This document shows, in pieces, positions 27,963-36,855 of a stretch of DNA of 64,000 bases. Source of the stretch: Acidimicrobiales bacterium (GTDB lineage: Bacteria > Actinomycetota > Acidimicrobiia > Acidimicrobiales > VFJN01); the NCBI GenBank assembly GCA_035697515.1, contig DASSCS010000101.1:17540-81539 (forward strand). Reading direction: 5' to 3'. A model generated the notes under the pieces. The model did not search any database. It was not told the DNA's origin and saw only the letters and a program-made list of their open reading frames with translations. The first letter of the stretch is position 1; every line of letters starts with the position of its first letter. A program made the position numbers and the translations under genes.

Positions 27963-29333
27963 GTGCCCGAGGTGGCACCCGTGCGGGTTGCGACCCGCGA
28001 CGAGGTCGCCGATGTCGCGGATGCGTTGAACACGGTGCAGGACTCGGCCCTCGACCTGGCCGTCGAGCAGGCGGTGCTGCGCCGCAACATCGCCGACAGC
28101 TTCGTCAACCTCGGGCGCCGCAACCAGAACCTGCTGGGACGCCAGCTCGACTTCATCACCGAGCTCGAGTCCAGGGAGACCGACCCCGACACCCTGGCCA
28201 GCCTGTTCCGGCTCGATCATCTGGCCACCCGCATGCGCCGCAACGCCGAGTCGCTGCTGGTGCTGGCGGGCATCGAGCCGCCCCGCCAGTGGGCCGCGCC
28301 CGTTCGGCTCACGGACGTCATCCGCGCCGCGCTCGGCGAGGTCGAGAACTACCAGCGGGTCACCGTCCGCCGCGTCGAGCCCGCCACCATCGTGGGGTCC
28401 GCGGCCGCCGACCTGGCCCACCTGCTGGCCGAGCTCATCGAGAACGCCCTGGTGTTCTCGCCGCCCGACCAGACCGTGGACATCCGGGGTGTCGCCCAGA
28501 GCTCGGGGCAACCGGGCGGCTACACCCTCGCCGTCGTCGACTGCGGCCTCGGCATGCCCCCCGCCGACATCGCGGCGGCCAACCGGCGCCTCGCCGGCGC
28601 CGAATCGTTCACCATCGCCCCCTCCAAGTACCTGGGCCACTACGTCGCCGGCAACCTCGCCGCCCGCCACGACATCACCGTGCACCTGCACAGCTCCCCC
28701 GGCACCGGCATCACCGCGACCGTCGAGCTGCCGGCCGACCTCCTCACCGCCGACCCCGGCGCGCTTGCCGCCCCGGTCACTCCCCGCCGCGGCCAGCGCT
28801 CGCTCGCCGCACCCGCCCCCGCGGCGATGTCCCCCACGCCCGGCGGTCTCGTCCCGCGTGCCCCGCGGCAGCCCGGGGTCGCCCCGGCAGGCCCCATGCG
28901 AGCCCCGGCCTCACGGACCGACGCCCACCTGGCTTCCCTCGCACGCGCCGCCGCGCGGGCCCGCGCAGGGCAGCACCCGGCCGCTCCTGCCGGCCCGGCC
29001 CGCGCCGCCCCCGGCGGGCCCTGGCCCGGCGGCCAGCCCTTCGGCCAGGCGGGGACGGGAACCGGGACGCCCTGGCCACCGCCGCACACCGGCCCCGGCG
29101 TTGGCGCGCCCCCACCTCTGACCCGCCGCGACCGCGGCGCGCAGATGCCCGTGACGACCCCCCACAGCGTCCGGCGCACGCCGCCCGCCAGTGCGGCGCT
29201 CGGCGGGCCGTCGCCGAGCCACCCCCCGCGCGCCGCCCTGGAGATCTACGGGTTCCTGGCGAGCTTCACCGCGGGCGTGCAGCGGGGCCTCGCGGCGACG
29301 CGCACGGTCCATCGGGACGAGCCCGGCCGCTGA
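27963..29333 (+). CDS. CvnA-like sensor kinase, C-terminal half: kinase-like/HATPase domain plus Pro/Ala-rich tail
   Basis: LDFITELESRETDPDTLASLFRLDHLATRMRRNAESLLVLAG, ELIENALVFSPP, DCGLGM, C-terminal FLASFTAGVQRG. It is in a different frame from the N-terminal half. Confidence 0.7.
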   Translation: MPEVAPVRVATRDEVADVADALNTVQDSALDLAVEQAVLRRNIADSFVNLGRRNQNLLGRQLDFITELESRETDPDTLASLFRLDHLATRMRRNAESLLVLAGIEPPRQWAAPVRLTDVIRAALGEVENYQRVTVRRVEPATIVGSAAADLAHLLAELIENALVFSPPDQTVDIRGVAQSSGQPGGYTLAVVDCGLGMPPADIAAANRRLAGAESFTIAPSKYLGHYVAGNLAARHDITVHLHSSPGTGITATVELPADLLTADPGALAAPVTPRRGQRSLAAPAPAAMSPTPGGLVPRAPRQPGVAPAGPMRAPASRTDAHLASLARAAARARAGQHPAAPAGPARAAPGGPWPGGQPFGQAGTGTGTPWPPPHTGPGVGAPPPLTRRDRGAQMPVTTPHSVRRTPPASAALGGPSPSHPPRAALEIYGFLASFTAGVQRGLAATRTVHRDEPGR

Positions 29334-29455
29334 CTTCTGGTCTCGGCGGCGCTCGGCCCCGCTTGCGGGCCCGCGCGGCAGCGCTATGGTTAGTGAGCAA
29401 ACACTCTCTACATCGGCGAGTCCGCAGGGGCGCTCGGTCGCCGGGAGGAGGACGC

Positions 29456-30142
29456 ATGGCCAAGCACGCCACCCGCTCGTCCACGAAGGGCAGCGAGTCC
29501 CGGCGTGCACCTCGGCTCACCGCCGAGGCGCGGAAGCAGTCGATCCTCCAGGCGGCCCGGCGCGCCTTCACCGAGACCGGCGACGTGAACGGCACGACCA
29601 TCCGCCACATCGCCGAGCGGGGCGGCATCAGCGAGGGTGTGATCTACCGCCACTTCGAGAGCAAGGACCAGCTGTTCATCGAAGCGGTGGTCGAGCCGCT
29701 CACGGACGCGGTCGACAAGCTGGTGGCGGCCTCCCAGGTGGTCGACCGGGACGAGCCGCTCACACCCGAGCGTCAGGTCGAGACCATGCACGGGCTCTAC
29801 CGCCAGCTCGTCTCCAGCCTCGAAGAGATCCTGCCGCTCCTGGGCCTCGTGCTCTTCGGCGACCCGAAGGTCGCGCGCCGGTTCTACCGCGAGAACTTCG
29901 CCGTCGCCATGGACCGCCTCGCCGCCGCCTGGCGGGAGATCGAGGTCGGGTACGGGTTCGAGACCGAGTCCCCCGACATCTCGGCCAGGGCGGTCATGGG
30001 GATCGCGCTGGTCCTCGCCCTCGAGAGCCGCCACACCAGCCGGTTCGACCGCGACCGCGCCGTGGCCCTGGCCAGCAAGGGCACCATCGAGGGGTTCTTC
30101 CCCAGCGTCGAGCCGGCCCGGCGGCCGAGCCGAACGTCCTGA
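29456..30142 (+). CDS. TetR family transcriptional regulator
   Basis: ATG preceded by GGGAGGAGGAC. HTH segment GTTIRHIAERGGISEGVIYRHFESKDQLFIEAV. Confidence 0.85.
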   Translation: MAKHATRSSTKGSESRRAPRLTAEARKQSILQAARRAFTETGDVNGTTIRHIAERGGISEGVIYRHFESKDQLFIEAVVEPLTDAVDKLVAASQVVDRDEPLTPERQVETMHGLYRQLVSSLEEILPLLGLVLFGDPKVARRFYRENFAVAMDRLAAAWREIEVGYGFETESPDISARAVMGIALVLALESRHTSRFDRDRAVALASKGTIEGFFPSVEPARRPSRTS

Positions 30143-30507
30143 CCCATCGGGCTGCCCGTCGTCCGTACGTCCGCACGGCCGTCACGTGTGAGCTGGCGCC
30201 GCCAGGTCGGTCGTGGAGGACCGCCGCTCGCGCCGGGTCGAAGCAGAGCAGGGCGCGCCGCGGGAGGCGGCTGCTGACAGGCGAAAGTCGATCGCCCCGG
30301 TCCCTACCCGGGACGTACTGTCTGCGCCGGCTGCACGACATCGCAGGTGGAGTTCTCGTGGACGATCGCTGACTGACCGTTGCACAAGCGCAGGCCCGCG
30401 CTGAGCGCTGACGCGCCGCGTGGCCGCGTCCGTCGCGTCTGTTCGGAGGATCGTTCCGTGATGAGTGTTGTCAACAGTTGGTCGCGCACGCCCACGGGAG
30501 CGTCGTG

Positions 30508-30723
30508 ATGGGTGCCGTCTGCGAGATCTGCGGCAAGCGCCCCAGCTTCGGGCACAAGGTCAGTCGCCTCGGCAAGGGAGCGATCAAACGACGGGTCAGA
30601 AGCCGGGTGCCCCGACGTTTCGACCCCAACATCCAGCGCGTGCGCGCCGTCATCAACGGCAGTGTGCGTCGCGTCGACGCCTGCACCTCCTGCATCAAGG
30701 CAGGGAGGATCCAGAAGCCGTGA
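30508..30723 (+). CDS. rpmB: ribosomal protein L28 paralogue (Cys-containing form, atypical central segment)
   Basis: MGAVCEICGKRPSFGHKVS...PNIQRVRAVINGSVRRVDACTSCIKAGRI. GGGAG lies 8 nt upstream of the ATG. Confidence 0.75.
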   Translation: MGAVCEICGKRPSFGHKVSRLGKGAIKRRVRSRVPRRFDPNIQRVRAVINGSVRRVDACTSCIKAGRIQKP

Positions 30724-30846
30724 CCGTCAGGGGTAGACGGAGCAGACCCTGTCGATGTAGCGAACAAGTGAGCACTCACCCATCACGACGGCTGTGGTAG
30801 AACCGCGGCCTCGACGTCGAGACCGCGCAACCAGAGGGGGAGCACG

Positions 30847-32304
30847 GTGACAGCAGGGGTGAGCTTCGCTCGCCGTGTCCGGCAGCTCGCTGACCGGTGT
30901 CCCGATGCGCCGGTGTACCACCACGTCGGCCCGGACGGCAGCGGGCCGGTGCTCACGTGGCGCGAGCTCGACCGCCGATCGAGCCAGCTCGCGGGCGCGC
31001 TGGCGACGCGCGGCCTCGGCGTCGGCGACCGGCTCGGGCTCGGGGTCCGCAACTCGCCTCAGCTCGTGGTGAGCGCCCTCGCGGCCTGGAAGCTGGGCGC
31101 CGTGCCCGTGCCGGTGCGCTGGGACCTGCCCGACTGGGAGCTGGCCCGGGTCCGCGACGTGATCGCCGCGCGCGTCCACCTCGGACCCGAGGACGTCCCC
31201 TGGATCGACGCCACGGCTCAGCAGGACGTGCCCGATCTCCCCGACGCCGTCTCGCCGCAGGTCAACGGCATCTGCAGCAGCGGCTCGACCGGCACGCCGA
31301 AGGTGATCCTGAGCGAGCGGGCTGCCGTGTACGACCCGGCGCTCGGCACGCCGTTCATGGAGGCGTGGCGCCCCGTGACGCGCCCCCAGACGATCCTCGT
31401 GCCCGCCCCCATGTACCACGCCAACGGGTTCGCGACGCTCTTCAGCCTGATCGCGGGCGATCGCCTCGTGGTGTTGGGGCGCTTCGACGCCGCCCGCGCC
31501 GTCGACGCCATCGAGCGCCACCGGATCTCGACGTTCACCGCCACGCCGACGATGCTGCAGCGGATCGCCGACCTTCCCGGCATCGACGACCGCGACCTGT
31601 CCAGCGTCGACTGGATCCTCCAGGGGGCGGCGCCGATGCCGCCGTCGCTCGTGCACCGGTGGGCCGGCCTGATCGGCGCAGAGCGCATCGTCATGGTCTA
31701 CGGCATGACGGAGGGCCTGGGCTTCACCGCACTGCGCGGCGACGACTGGATGGGCCACCCGGGCAGCGTCGGTCGCGGGATCCGGGGCACCGAGGTCCGC
31801 ATCCTCGACCCCGACGGCCACGACCTGCCCGCCGGAGAGATCGGCGAGATCTACCTCCGCTCCCCCATGAGCGCCGGCTTCCGCTACCTCGGCGACGCCG
31901 CGCCCCGGGGCGGGACGGACGACGGCTTCTCGACGGTCGGCGACCTCGGCTATCTCGACACCGACGGCTACCTGTTCCTGGTCGACCGCCGGGTGGACCT
32001 GATCGTCACCGGCGGCGCCAACGTGTACCCCGCCGAGGTCGAGACCGCGCTCATCGACCACCCCGCGATCGCCGACATCGTGGTCGTCGGCCTGCGCGAC
32101 CCGGCGTGGGGCCGCCGCGTGCACGCCATCGTCGAGCCGGCCGACCCGGCCGCTCCGCCCGTGGACGGGGACGTCATCGCCTACGCCAAGAGCCGCCTCG
32201 CGGCCTACAAGGTGCCCAAGACGGTCGAGATCGTCGACGCCATCCCCCGCAGCGAGGCCACCAAGGTCAATCGCCGGGCCCTCGTCGAGGCCCGCGGCGG
32301 CTGA
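30847..32304 (+). CDS. AMP-dependent acyl-CoA synthetase/ligase
   Basis: SSGSTGTPKV (AMP motif), YGMTEG, GDLGYLDTDGYLFLVDR, and C-terminal KVPK. Confidence 0.9.
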   Translation: MTAGVSFARRVRQLADRCPDAPVYHHVGPDGSGPVLTWRELDRRSSQLAGALATRGLGVGDRLGLGVRNSPQLVVSALAAWKLGAVPVPVRWDLPDWELARVRDVIAARVHLGPEDVPWIDATAQQDVPDLPDAVSPQVNGICSSGSTGTPKVILSERAAVYDPALGTPFMEAWRPVTRPQTILVPAPMYHANGFATLFSLIAGDRLVVLGRFDAARAVDAIERHRISTFTATPTMLQRIADLPGIDDRDLSSVDWILQGAAPMPPSLVHRWAGLIGAERIVMVYGMTEGLGFTALRGDDWMGHPGSVGRGIRGTEVRILDPDGHDLPAGEIGEIYLRSPMSAGFRYLGDAAPRGGTDDGFSTVGDLGYLDTDGYLFLVDRRVDLIVTGGANVYPAEVETALIDHPAIADIVVVGLRDPAWGRRVHAIVEPADPAAPPVDGDVIAYAKSRLAAYKVPKTVEIVDAIPRSEATKVNRRALVEARGG

Positions 32305-32355
32305 CCACCCCCCGCACGTCCAGGCGACCCGGCCGGGCAGGAAGCCGTCTCCGCC

Positions 32356-32373
32356 GTCTAACATCTCGGTCAC
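32356..32373 (+). promoter_or_regulatory. 18-bp box GTCTAACATCTCGGTCAC, copy a
   Basis: Identical 18/18 to the copy at 39244-39261. It ends 23 nt upstream of the ATG at 32396 and is followed by GGAGGGGAGGAGGGG. Confidence 0.7.
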
Positions 32374-32395
32374 TTCGTCGGAGGGGAGGAGGGGC

Positions 32396-33382
32396 ATGAC
32401 CGAGACGGGTGCGTTCCTGGCGCTGCGCTACGACCTGCGGGCGCCCGCCTTCGGGCCGCCGGCCGAGGCCCTCTACCAGGCGGCCCTCGAGCAATGCGCC
32501 TGGGCCGAGGACCACGGCTTCCTCATGGCCACGCTGTCCGAGCACCACGGGTCCGACGACGGGTACTGCCCCTCCCCCCTCGTGATGGCCGCCGCCATCG
32601 CCGGCCGGACACGCACCCTGCGGATCCTGATCGCCGCACTCGTCCTGCCGCTGTACGACCCCATCCGCCTCGCCGAGGACCTCGCCGTGCTCGACCTCGC
32701 CAGCGGGGGCCGGATCGACCTCATCCTCGGCGCCGGCTACCGGCCGGAGGAGCTGGCGATGTTCGGCCGCGCGCTGGACGACCGCGTGCCGCTGCTCGAG
32801 GAGGGGATCGCCGTCCTCCGCTCGGCATGGACGGGCGAGGAGTTCGAGTACCGCGGCCGTCGTGTCCGGGTCACGCCCCGGCCGGCTCGGCCGGAGGGGC
32901 CGGGGCTCATCATGGGCGGCGCCACGCCGGCTGCCGCCCGGCGCGCGGCGCGGCTCGGCGCCGGGTTCCTGCCCGTCGACGCGTCGCTGTGGGCGCCCTA
33001 CGAGGAGGCCTGCCGCGCGCTGGGTCGCGAGGCCGGGCCGCCACCCCCCGTCGGCGGGCCCAAGTTCATCCACGTCGCCGACGACCCCGACGAGGCCTGG
33101 AGGAGGATCGCCCCCCACGCCCTGCACGAGACCAACTCGTACGGCGGCTGGCTGGCCAGCGCCGACGCCCTCGGGCCCTACGAGACCAGCGACGACGCCG
33201 ACGCGCTGCGGGCGAGGGGCGACTACCTGGTGCTGACCCCCGACGAGTGCGTGGAGAGGGTGCGCACCACCGGTTCGCTGCTGCTGCACCCGCTGATGGG
33301 CGGGCTCGATCCGGACCTGGCCTGGGAGAGCCTGGAGCTCGTCGCCTCGAAGGTGATCCCCCGCCTAGCGGAGCCTGCGTAG
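32396..33382 (+). CDS. luciferase-like (LLM class) flavin-dependent oxidoreductase
   Basis: 328 aa. AEDHGFLMATLSEHH and GGRIDLILGAGY. Confidence 0.85.
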   Translation: MTETGAFLALRYDLRAPAFGPPAEALYQAALEQCAWAEDHGFLMATLSEHHGSDDGYCPSPLVMAAAIAGRTRTLRILIAALVLPLYDPIRLAEDLAVLDLASGGRIDLILGAGYRPEELAMFGRALDDRVPLLEEGIAVLRSAWTGEEFEYRGRRVRVTPRPARPEGPGLIMGGATPAAARRAARLGAGFLPVDASLWAPYEEACRALGREAGPPPPVGGPKFIHVADDPDEAWRRIAPHALHETNSYGGWLASADALGPYETSDDADALRARGDYLVLTPDECVERVRTTGSLLLHPLMGGLDPDLAWESLELVASKVIPRLAEPA

Positions 33383-33449
33383 CCGCGGGTCGCGCCTGCG
33401 CTCCGGGGCGCGATGGGCCTCGCGCGAGCGGCGAGGCCGACGCAGGCTC
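33371..33449. terminator. nested GC-rich hairpin between convergent genes (candidate bidirectional terminator)
   Basis: Outer 9-bp stem GAGCCTGCG (33371-33379) pairs with CGCAGGCTC (33441-33449) and encloses both stop codons. Inner 8-bp stem GGCCTCGC (33416-33423) pairs with GCGAGGCC (33431-33438). Confidence 0.5.
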
Positions 33450-34725
33450 AGTTGCCCGGCACCGGCAGGTCGACCGACCGGGTGGCGTGCTGCCCGACCT
33501 TGTCGGCCTTCACCGAGCGGAGCGACACGTCGTGGCCGGCCGCCCGGGCCCGCAGCGCGCCGACGGTGCAGTTCTCGCGCCCGCCCTGGGTCGGGAAGGG
33601 GTCGTAGCTGAAGTGCTTCATGGCGTTGAGGTGCGTGACGCGATCGATGTCGTGGTCACTGACCCCGCCGAGGTTGGTGGCCAGCTCCTCGGGGGCGAAG
33701 GGCCACGTCGAGTCGGAGTGGGGATAGTCGCACTCCCACATCACGTTGTCCATGTTGAGGAAGTCCCGGCTGGCCATGCCGAACTTGTCGTCGATGAAGC
33801 AGGTCAGCACCCGCTCGCTGAAGACCTCGCTCGGCAGCTTGTCGCCGAAGTCCTGCCCCGTCCACGCGTGGTGGCGCCGGTAGTTGTAGTCGACCCGCTC
33901 GAGGAAGTACGGGATCCAGCCGATCCCGCCCTCGGACAGGGCGATCTTCAGGTCGGGGAACCCCCGCAGCACGGGCGACCAGATCAGGTCGGCGGCCGCC
34001 TGCACGATGTTGATCGGGGTGAGCGTGATCAGGCAGTCGATCGGCGCGTCGGGGGCGGTGATGACGAGCTGCGACGACGACCCGATGTGCAGGCAGACGA
34101 CGACGCCCTCGTCGGAGCAGGCCTGCCAGAACGGGTTCCAGTGGTCGGAGTGGAAGCTCGGCCAGCCGAGCTTCGACGGGTTCTCCGAGAAGGTCACCGC
34201 GTGCGCCCCCATGCGGGCGGTGCGGCGCACCTCGCCGGCGAGCGTCTCGGGGTCCCAGATCGCCGGGAGCGAGCACGGGATGAAGCGACCGGGGTGCGTG
34301 CCGCACCAGTCCTCGATGTGCCAGTCGTTGTAGGCCCGCACCATGGCGAGCGCGACGTCCTTGTCGTCGGTGCGCGCGAACAGCTGGCCGCAGAACTGCG
34401 GGAACGACGGGAAGCAGAGCGAGCCGAGGACGCCGTTGGCGTCCATGTCCTTCACCCGCTCGTCGATGTCGTAGCAGCCGGCGCGCAGCTCGGCGAAGGA
34501 TGTCGGCTCCATGCCGTACTCCTCCGGCGGGCGGCCGGCCACGGCGTTGAGCGCGACGTTGGCGATCTCCTGGCCCTCGTACGCCCAGGCGTTCGTGCCG
34601 TCGTCGCGGGTCACGAACCTGGGGGCGAGGTCGGCGTACTTCGCGGGCAGCCGCCCGTCGAACAGGTGCGGCGGCTCGACCACGTGGTCGTCGACACTGA
34701 CCAGCACCATCTCGTTGATGTCCAT
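33448..34725 (-). CDS. amidohydrolase-2 (ACMSD-like metal-dependent hydrolase/decarboxylase) family protein
   Basis: 425 aa. VSVDDHVVEPP, LHIGSS, WECDYPHSDSTWP. Confidence 0.85.
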   Translation of the reverse strand: MDINEMVLVSVDDHVVEPPHLFDGRLPAKYADLAPRFVTRDDGTNAWAYEGQEIANVALNAVAGRPPEEYGMEPTSFAELRAGCYDIDERVKDMDANGVLGSLCFPSFPQFCGQLFARTDDKDVALAMVRAYNDWHIEDWCGTHPGRFIPCSLPAIWDPETLAGEVRRTARMGAHAVTFSENPSKLGWPSFHSDHWNPFWQACSDEGVVVCLHIGSSSQLVITAPDAPIDCLITLTPINIVQAAADLIWSPVLRGFPDLKIALSEGGIGWIPYFLERVDYNYRRHHAWTGQDFGDKLPSEVFSERVLTCFIDDKFGMASRDFLNMDNVMWECDYPHSDSTWPFAPEELATNLGGVSDHDIDRVTHLNAMKHFSYDPFPTQGGRENCTVGALRARAAGHDVSLRSVKADKVGQHATRSVDLPVPGN

Positions 34726-34754
34726 CGCCGACCCCCTCGGTTGACCTCGCTCGG

Positions 34755-34772
34755 AACTAACATCTGGGTCGC
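34755..34772 (+). promoter_or_regulatory. 18-bp box, degenerate copy d (AACTAACATCTGGGTCGC, 14/18)
   Basis: It lies in the 96-bp gap between two minus-strand genes. It is therefore inverted relative to the amidohydrolase start at 34725. Confidence 0.4.
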
Positions 34773-34821
34773 GACGGTAGCACGACGCGGCGCTCGACGG
34801 TCCGGGTTGCCGTCGGAGTGG

Positions 34822-36306
34822 TCAGCCCGTGGCCAGGAGGTCGGCCTGCACGACCCGGCGCAGAAGCTTGCCGGTCTCGGTATAGGGCAACGTCTCGACG
34901 AAGCTGACGATCTCGGGCGACTTCGAGCCCCGGAGCGACCGGCGGGCGAAGGCCTGCACGTCGTCGGCCTCGACGGTGGCGCCGGGCCGGGGCACCACCA
35001 CGGCGGCGATGCGCTGGCCCCACTCGTCGTCGGGGACACCGACGACGGCGCACTGCGCGATGTCGGGGTGCTGCAACAGCACCTCCTCGATCTCGGCCGG
35101 GGCGATGTTCTCGCCGCCGCGGATGATCGTGTCGTCGCTGCGGCCCTCGATGAACAGGTACCCGTCGTCGTCGAGCCGGCCGCGATCCCGCGTCGGGAAC
35201 CACCCCCCGACGTCGAGCGGCGCGCCCCCGCCCGCGTACTCGCCCGACACCTGCTCGCCGCGCACCCAGATCTCGCCGGGCTCGCCGGCGGGGAGCGGCT
35301 CGCCGAGCGGTCCGCGGACCTCCACCTCGACGGTGGGCAGCACACGTCCCGCCGAGGACAGGCGGGCGGTCGCCGCGGGATCGCCGTCCCGGGCGGCCCG
35401 GTGATCGTCGGGGCCCAACACCGCGATCGTCGAGCTGGTCTCGGTCAGCCCGTAGGCGTTGGTGAGGTCGACGTCGGGCAGCAGCGTCATCACCCGCTGC
35501 ACCACGGTGGCCGGCGTGCGCGCGCCGCCGTAGGACAGCGCCCGCAGGGAGGGCAGGCCACCGCCGTCGGCATCGAGCACGTCGCAGATGCGCGCCAGCA
35601 TCGTGGGCACCACCATCGCGTTGGTGACCCGCTCCCGCCGCACCGCCTCGACCCAGGCGGTGGCGTCGAACTGGGCGAGGTAGACGATCCGGCGGCCCAG
35701 GTAGAGGTTGCTGAGCAGGTTCGCCAGCCCGGCCACGTGGTACGGCGGCACGCTCACCAGCACGGCCTCGTCGGGCCCGGCGGCCGCGAACTCGACGGTG
35801 CCGATCACGTACGACGTCAGGTGCCGGTGCCGCAGCACCGCAGCCTTGGGCGCCGACGTCGTGCCGCTGGTGTACAGCAGCACGGCCGGCCCGTCGCCAT
35901 CGGCGGGCACCTCACCCGCCGCGCCGCGAGCCCGCGCGGCGGCCACGAACTCCCCTGCGTCGAGCACCCGGTGGCCCCGGGCGACGAGCGCCGCCGCCAC
36001 GTCACCCTCGGCGACCACCAGGGTGTCGCCCAGCGGGGCGAGCAGGTCGTGGAGCTGGTCGTCGCTCAGGCGGTAGTTCAGCGGCACGAAGGGCATGCCC
36101 GCCGCGGCGGCGGCGAACAGCCCGATCGGGACGGCGAGGCCGTTGGTGCCCACGTAGGCCAGGGCCGAGGCGCCCACCGCCAGCTCGGCCGCGCGCCACG
36201 CGCTCGCGAGCAGCTCGCCGCCGGTGAGCCGGTCGTCGCCCGCCTGCACGGCGACCTCGTCACCGCGGCCCGCGGCGACCATGTCGAGCAGGAGGAGCAG
36301 GTTCAT
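34822..36306 (-). CDS. AMP-dependent acyl-CoA synthetase/ligase
   Basis: YTSGTTSAPKAA, YGLTETS, TRDRGRLDDDGYLFIEGR, and C-terminal TGKLLRR. Confidence 0.9.
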   Translation of the reverse strand: MNLLLLLDMVAAGRGDEVAVQAGDDRLTGGELLASAWRAAELAVGASALAYVGTNGLAVPIGLFAAAAAGMPFVPLNYRLSDDQLHDLLAPLGDTLVVAEGDVAAALVARGHRVLDAGEFVAAARARGAAGEVPADGDGPAVLLYTSGTTSAPKAAVLRHRHLTSYVIGTVEFAAAGPDEAVLVSVPPYHVAGLANLLSNLYLGRRIVYLAQFDATAWVEAVRRERVTNAMVVPTMLARICDVLDADGGGLPSLRALSYGGARTPATVVQRVMTLLPDVDLTNAYGLTETSSTIAVLGPDDHRAARDGDPAATARLSSAGRVLPTVEVEVRGPLGEPLPAGEPGEIWVRGEQVSGEYAGGGAPLDVGGWFPTRDRGRLDDDGYLFIEGRSDDTIIRGGENIAPAEIEEVLLQHPDIAQCAVVGVPDDEWGQRIAAVVVPRPGATVEADDVQAFARRSLRGSKSPEIVSFVETLPYTETGKLLRRVVQADLLATG

Positions 36307-36403
36307 GCCGGTGTCCGCCCCTGTGTGCAGAGACCGCCGGCCGGCTCGCTGGTCGCAAACGTACGCGCGGTGGGGTTCATGGATCCGCGATGTCTGTACT
36401 CGA

Positions 36404-36712
36404 TCAGTCGGACGAGGGCAGCGGCTTGGCGTCCTTGACGAGGAGCGGGCGGCCGTCGACCGTCAGCGCGCCCGTGCCGGCGCGGGTGCACAGCAACTCG
36501 AGGCCGAGGTCGTCGTCCGCGTAGCGCTTGCCGAGCAGCGGCCCGTCACCGAGCGACGGATCGAGCGTCGCGGCGCCGTCGGCGTCCTGCCCGTCGTCGA
36601 GCAGCGGCGCGCCGCCGCAGCCGAGCGACACGTCGGCGGACGGCGCCCTGACGACGACGACCTGCGCGTCGCACACCGCGCTGCGCAGCTTCTGACCCGG
36701 TCGTAGCTTCAT
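36404..36712 (-). CDS. hypothetical 102-aa protein
   Basis: ATG preceded by GAGGGGCAC. Protein-like composition (MKLRPGQKLRSAVCDAQVVVVRAPSADVSLGCGGAPLL...). No family recognised. Confidence 0.5.
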   Translation of the reverse strand: MKLRPGQKLRSAVCDAQVVVVRAPSADVSLGCGGAPLLDDGQDADGAATLDPSLGDGPLLGKRYADDDLGLELLCTRAGTGALTVDGRPLLVKDAKPLPSSD

Positions 36713-36802
36713 GTGCCCCTCGATGTCCGTCCCCGGGATGAACACGTGCGGTGGCGCCGTGACGTCTCCCGCTCAGGGATGCTAGCTGGTGCGATGCACC
36801 CG

Positions 36803-36820
36803 GTCTAACAGTAGGGTCAC
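36803..36820 (+). promoter_or_regulatory. 18-bp box, copy e (GTCTAACAGTAGGGTCAC, 14/18; all mismatches in the N5 spacer region)
   Basis: It ends 36 nt upstream of the ATG at 36856, in the divergent region between the 102-aa ORF and the hydratase/tandem-TetR pair. Confidence 0.6.
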
Positions 36821-36855
36821 GGTCGGACCTGCGGCGCCCGCATACGGAGGGGACC

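Noticed and set aside
24889-27978. Very long ORFs in the track (1029 aa here; also 32494-36438 at 1314 aa, 48667-51849 at 1060 aa, 36817-39507 at 896 aa, 42350-44893 at 847 aa, and the 5' part of 1308-3563)
   Set aside because: They are extremely Arg/Ala/Pro/Gly-rich with no recognisable motifs. Each lies antisense to, or out of frame with, ORFs that have clear family signatures. These are typical stop-poor shadow frames of 70% GC DNA.
30460-30480. Possible Zur box (TGATGAGTGTTGTCAACA) upstream of the L28 paralogue
   Set aside because: It matches only the outer TGA...TCA of the AT-rich actinobacterial Zur consensus. In addition, Zur normally represses Cys-less paralogues, whereas this L28 keeps both CxxC pairs.
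32356-32361. Reading GTCTAA of the 18-bp box as an ECF-sigma -10 element (RpoE/AlgU-like GAACTT-N16-TCTNA)
   Set aside because: No conserved GGAAC/GAACTT-like -35 is found at a consistent 16-18 nt distance in copies a, b, c or e.
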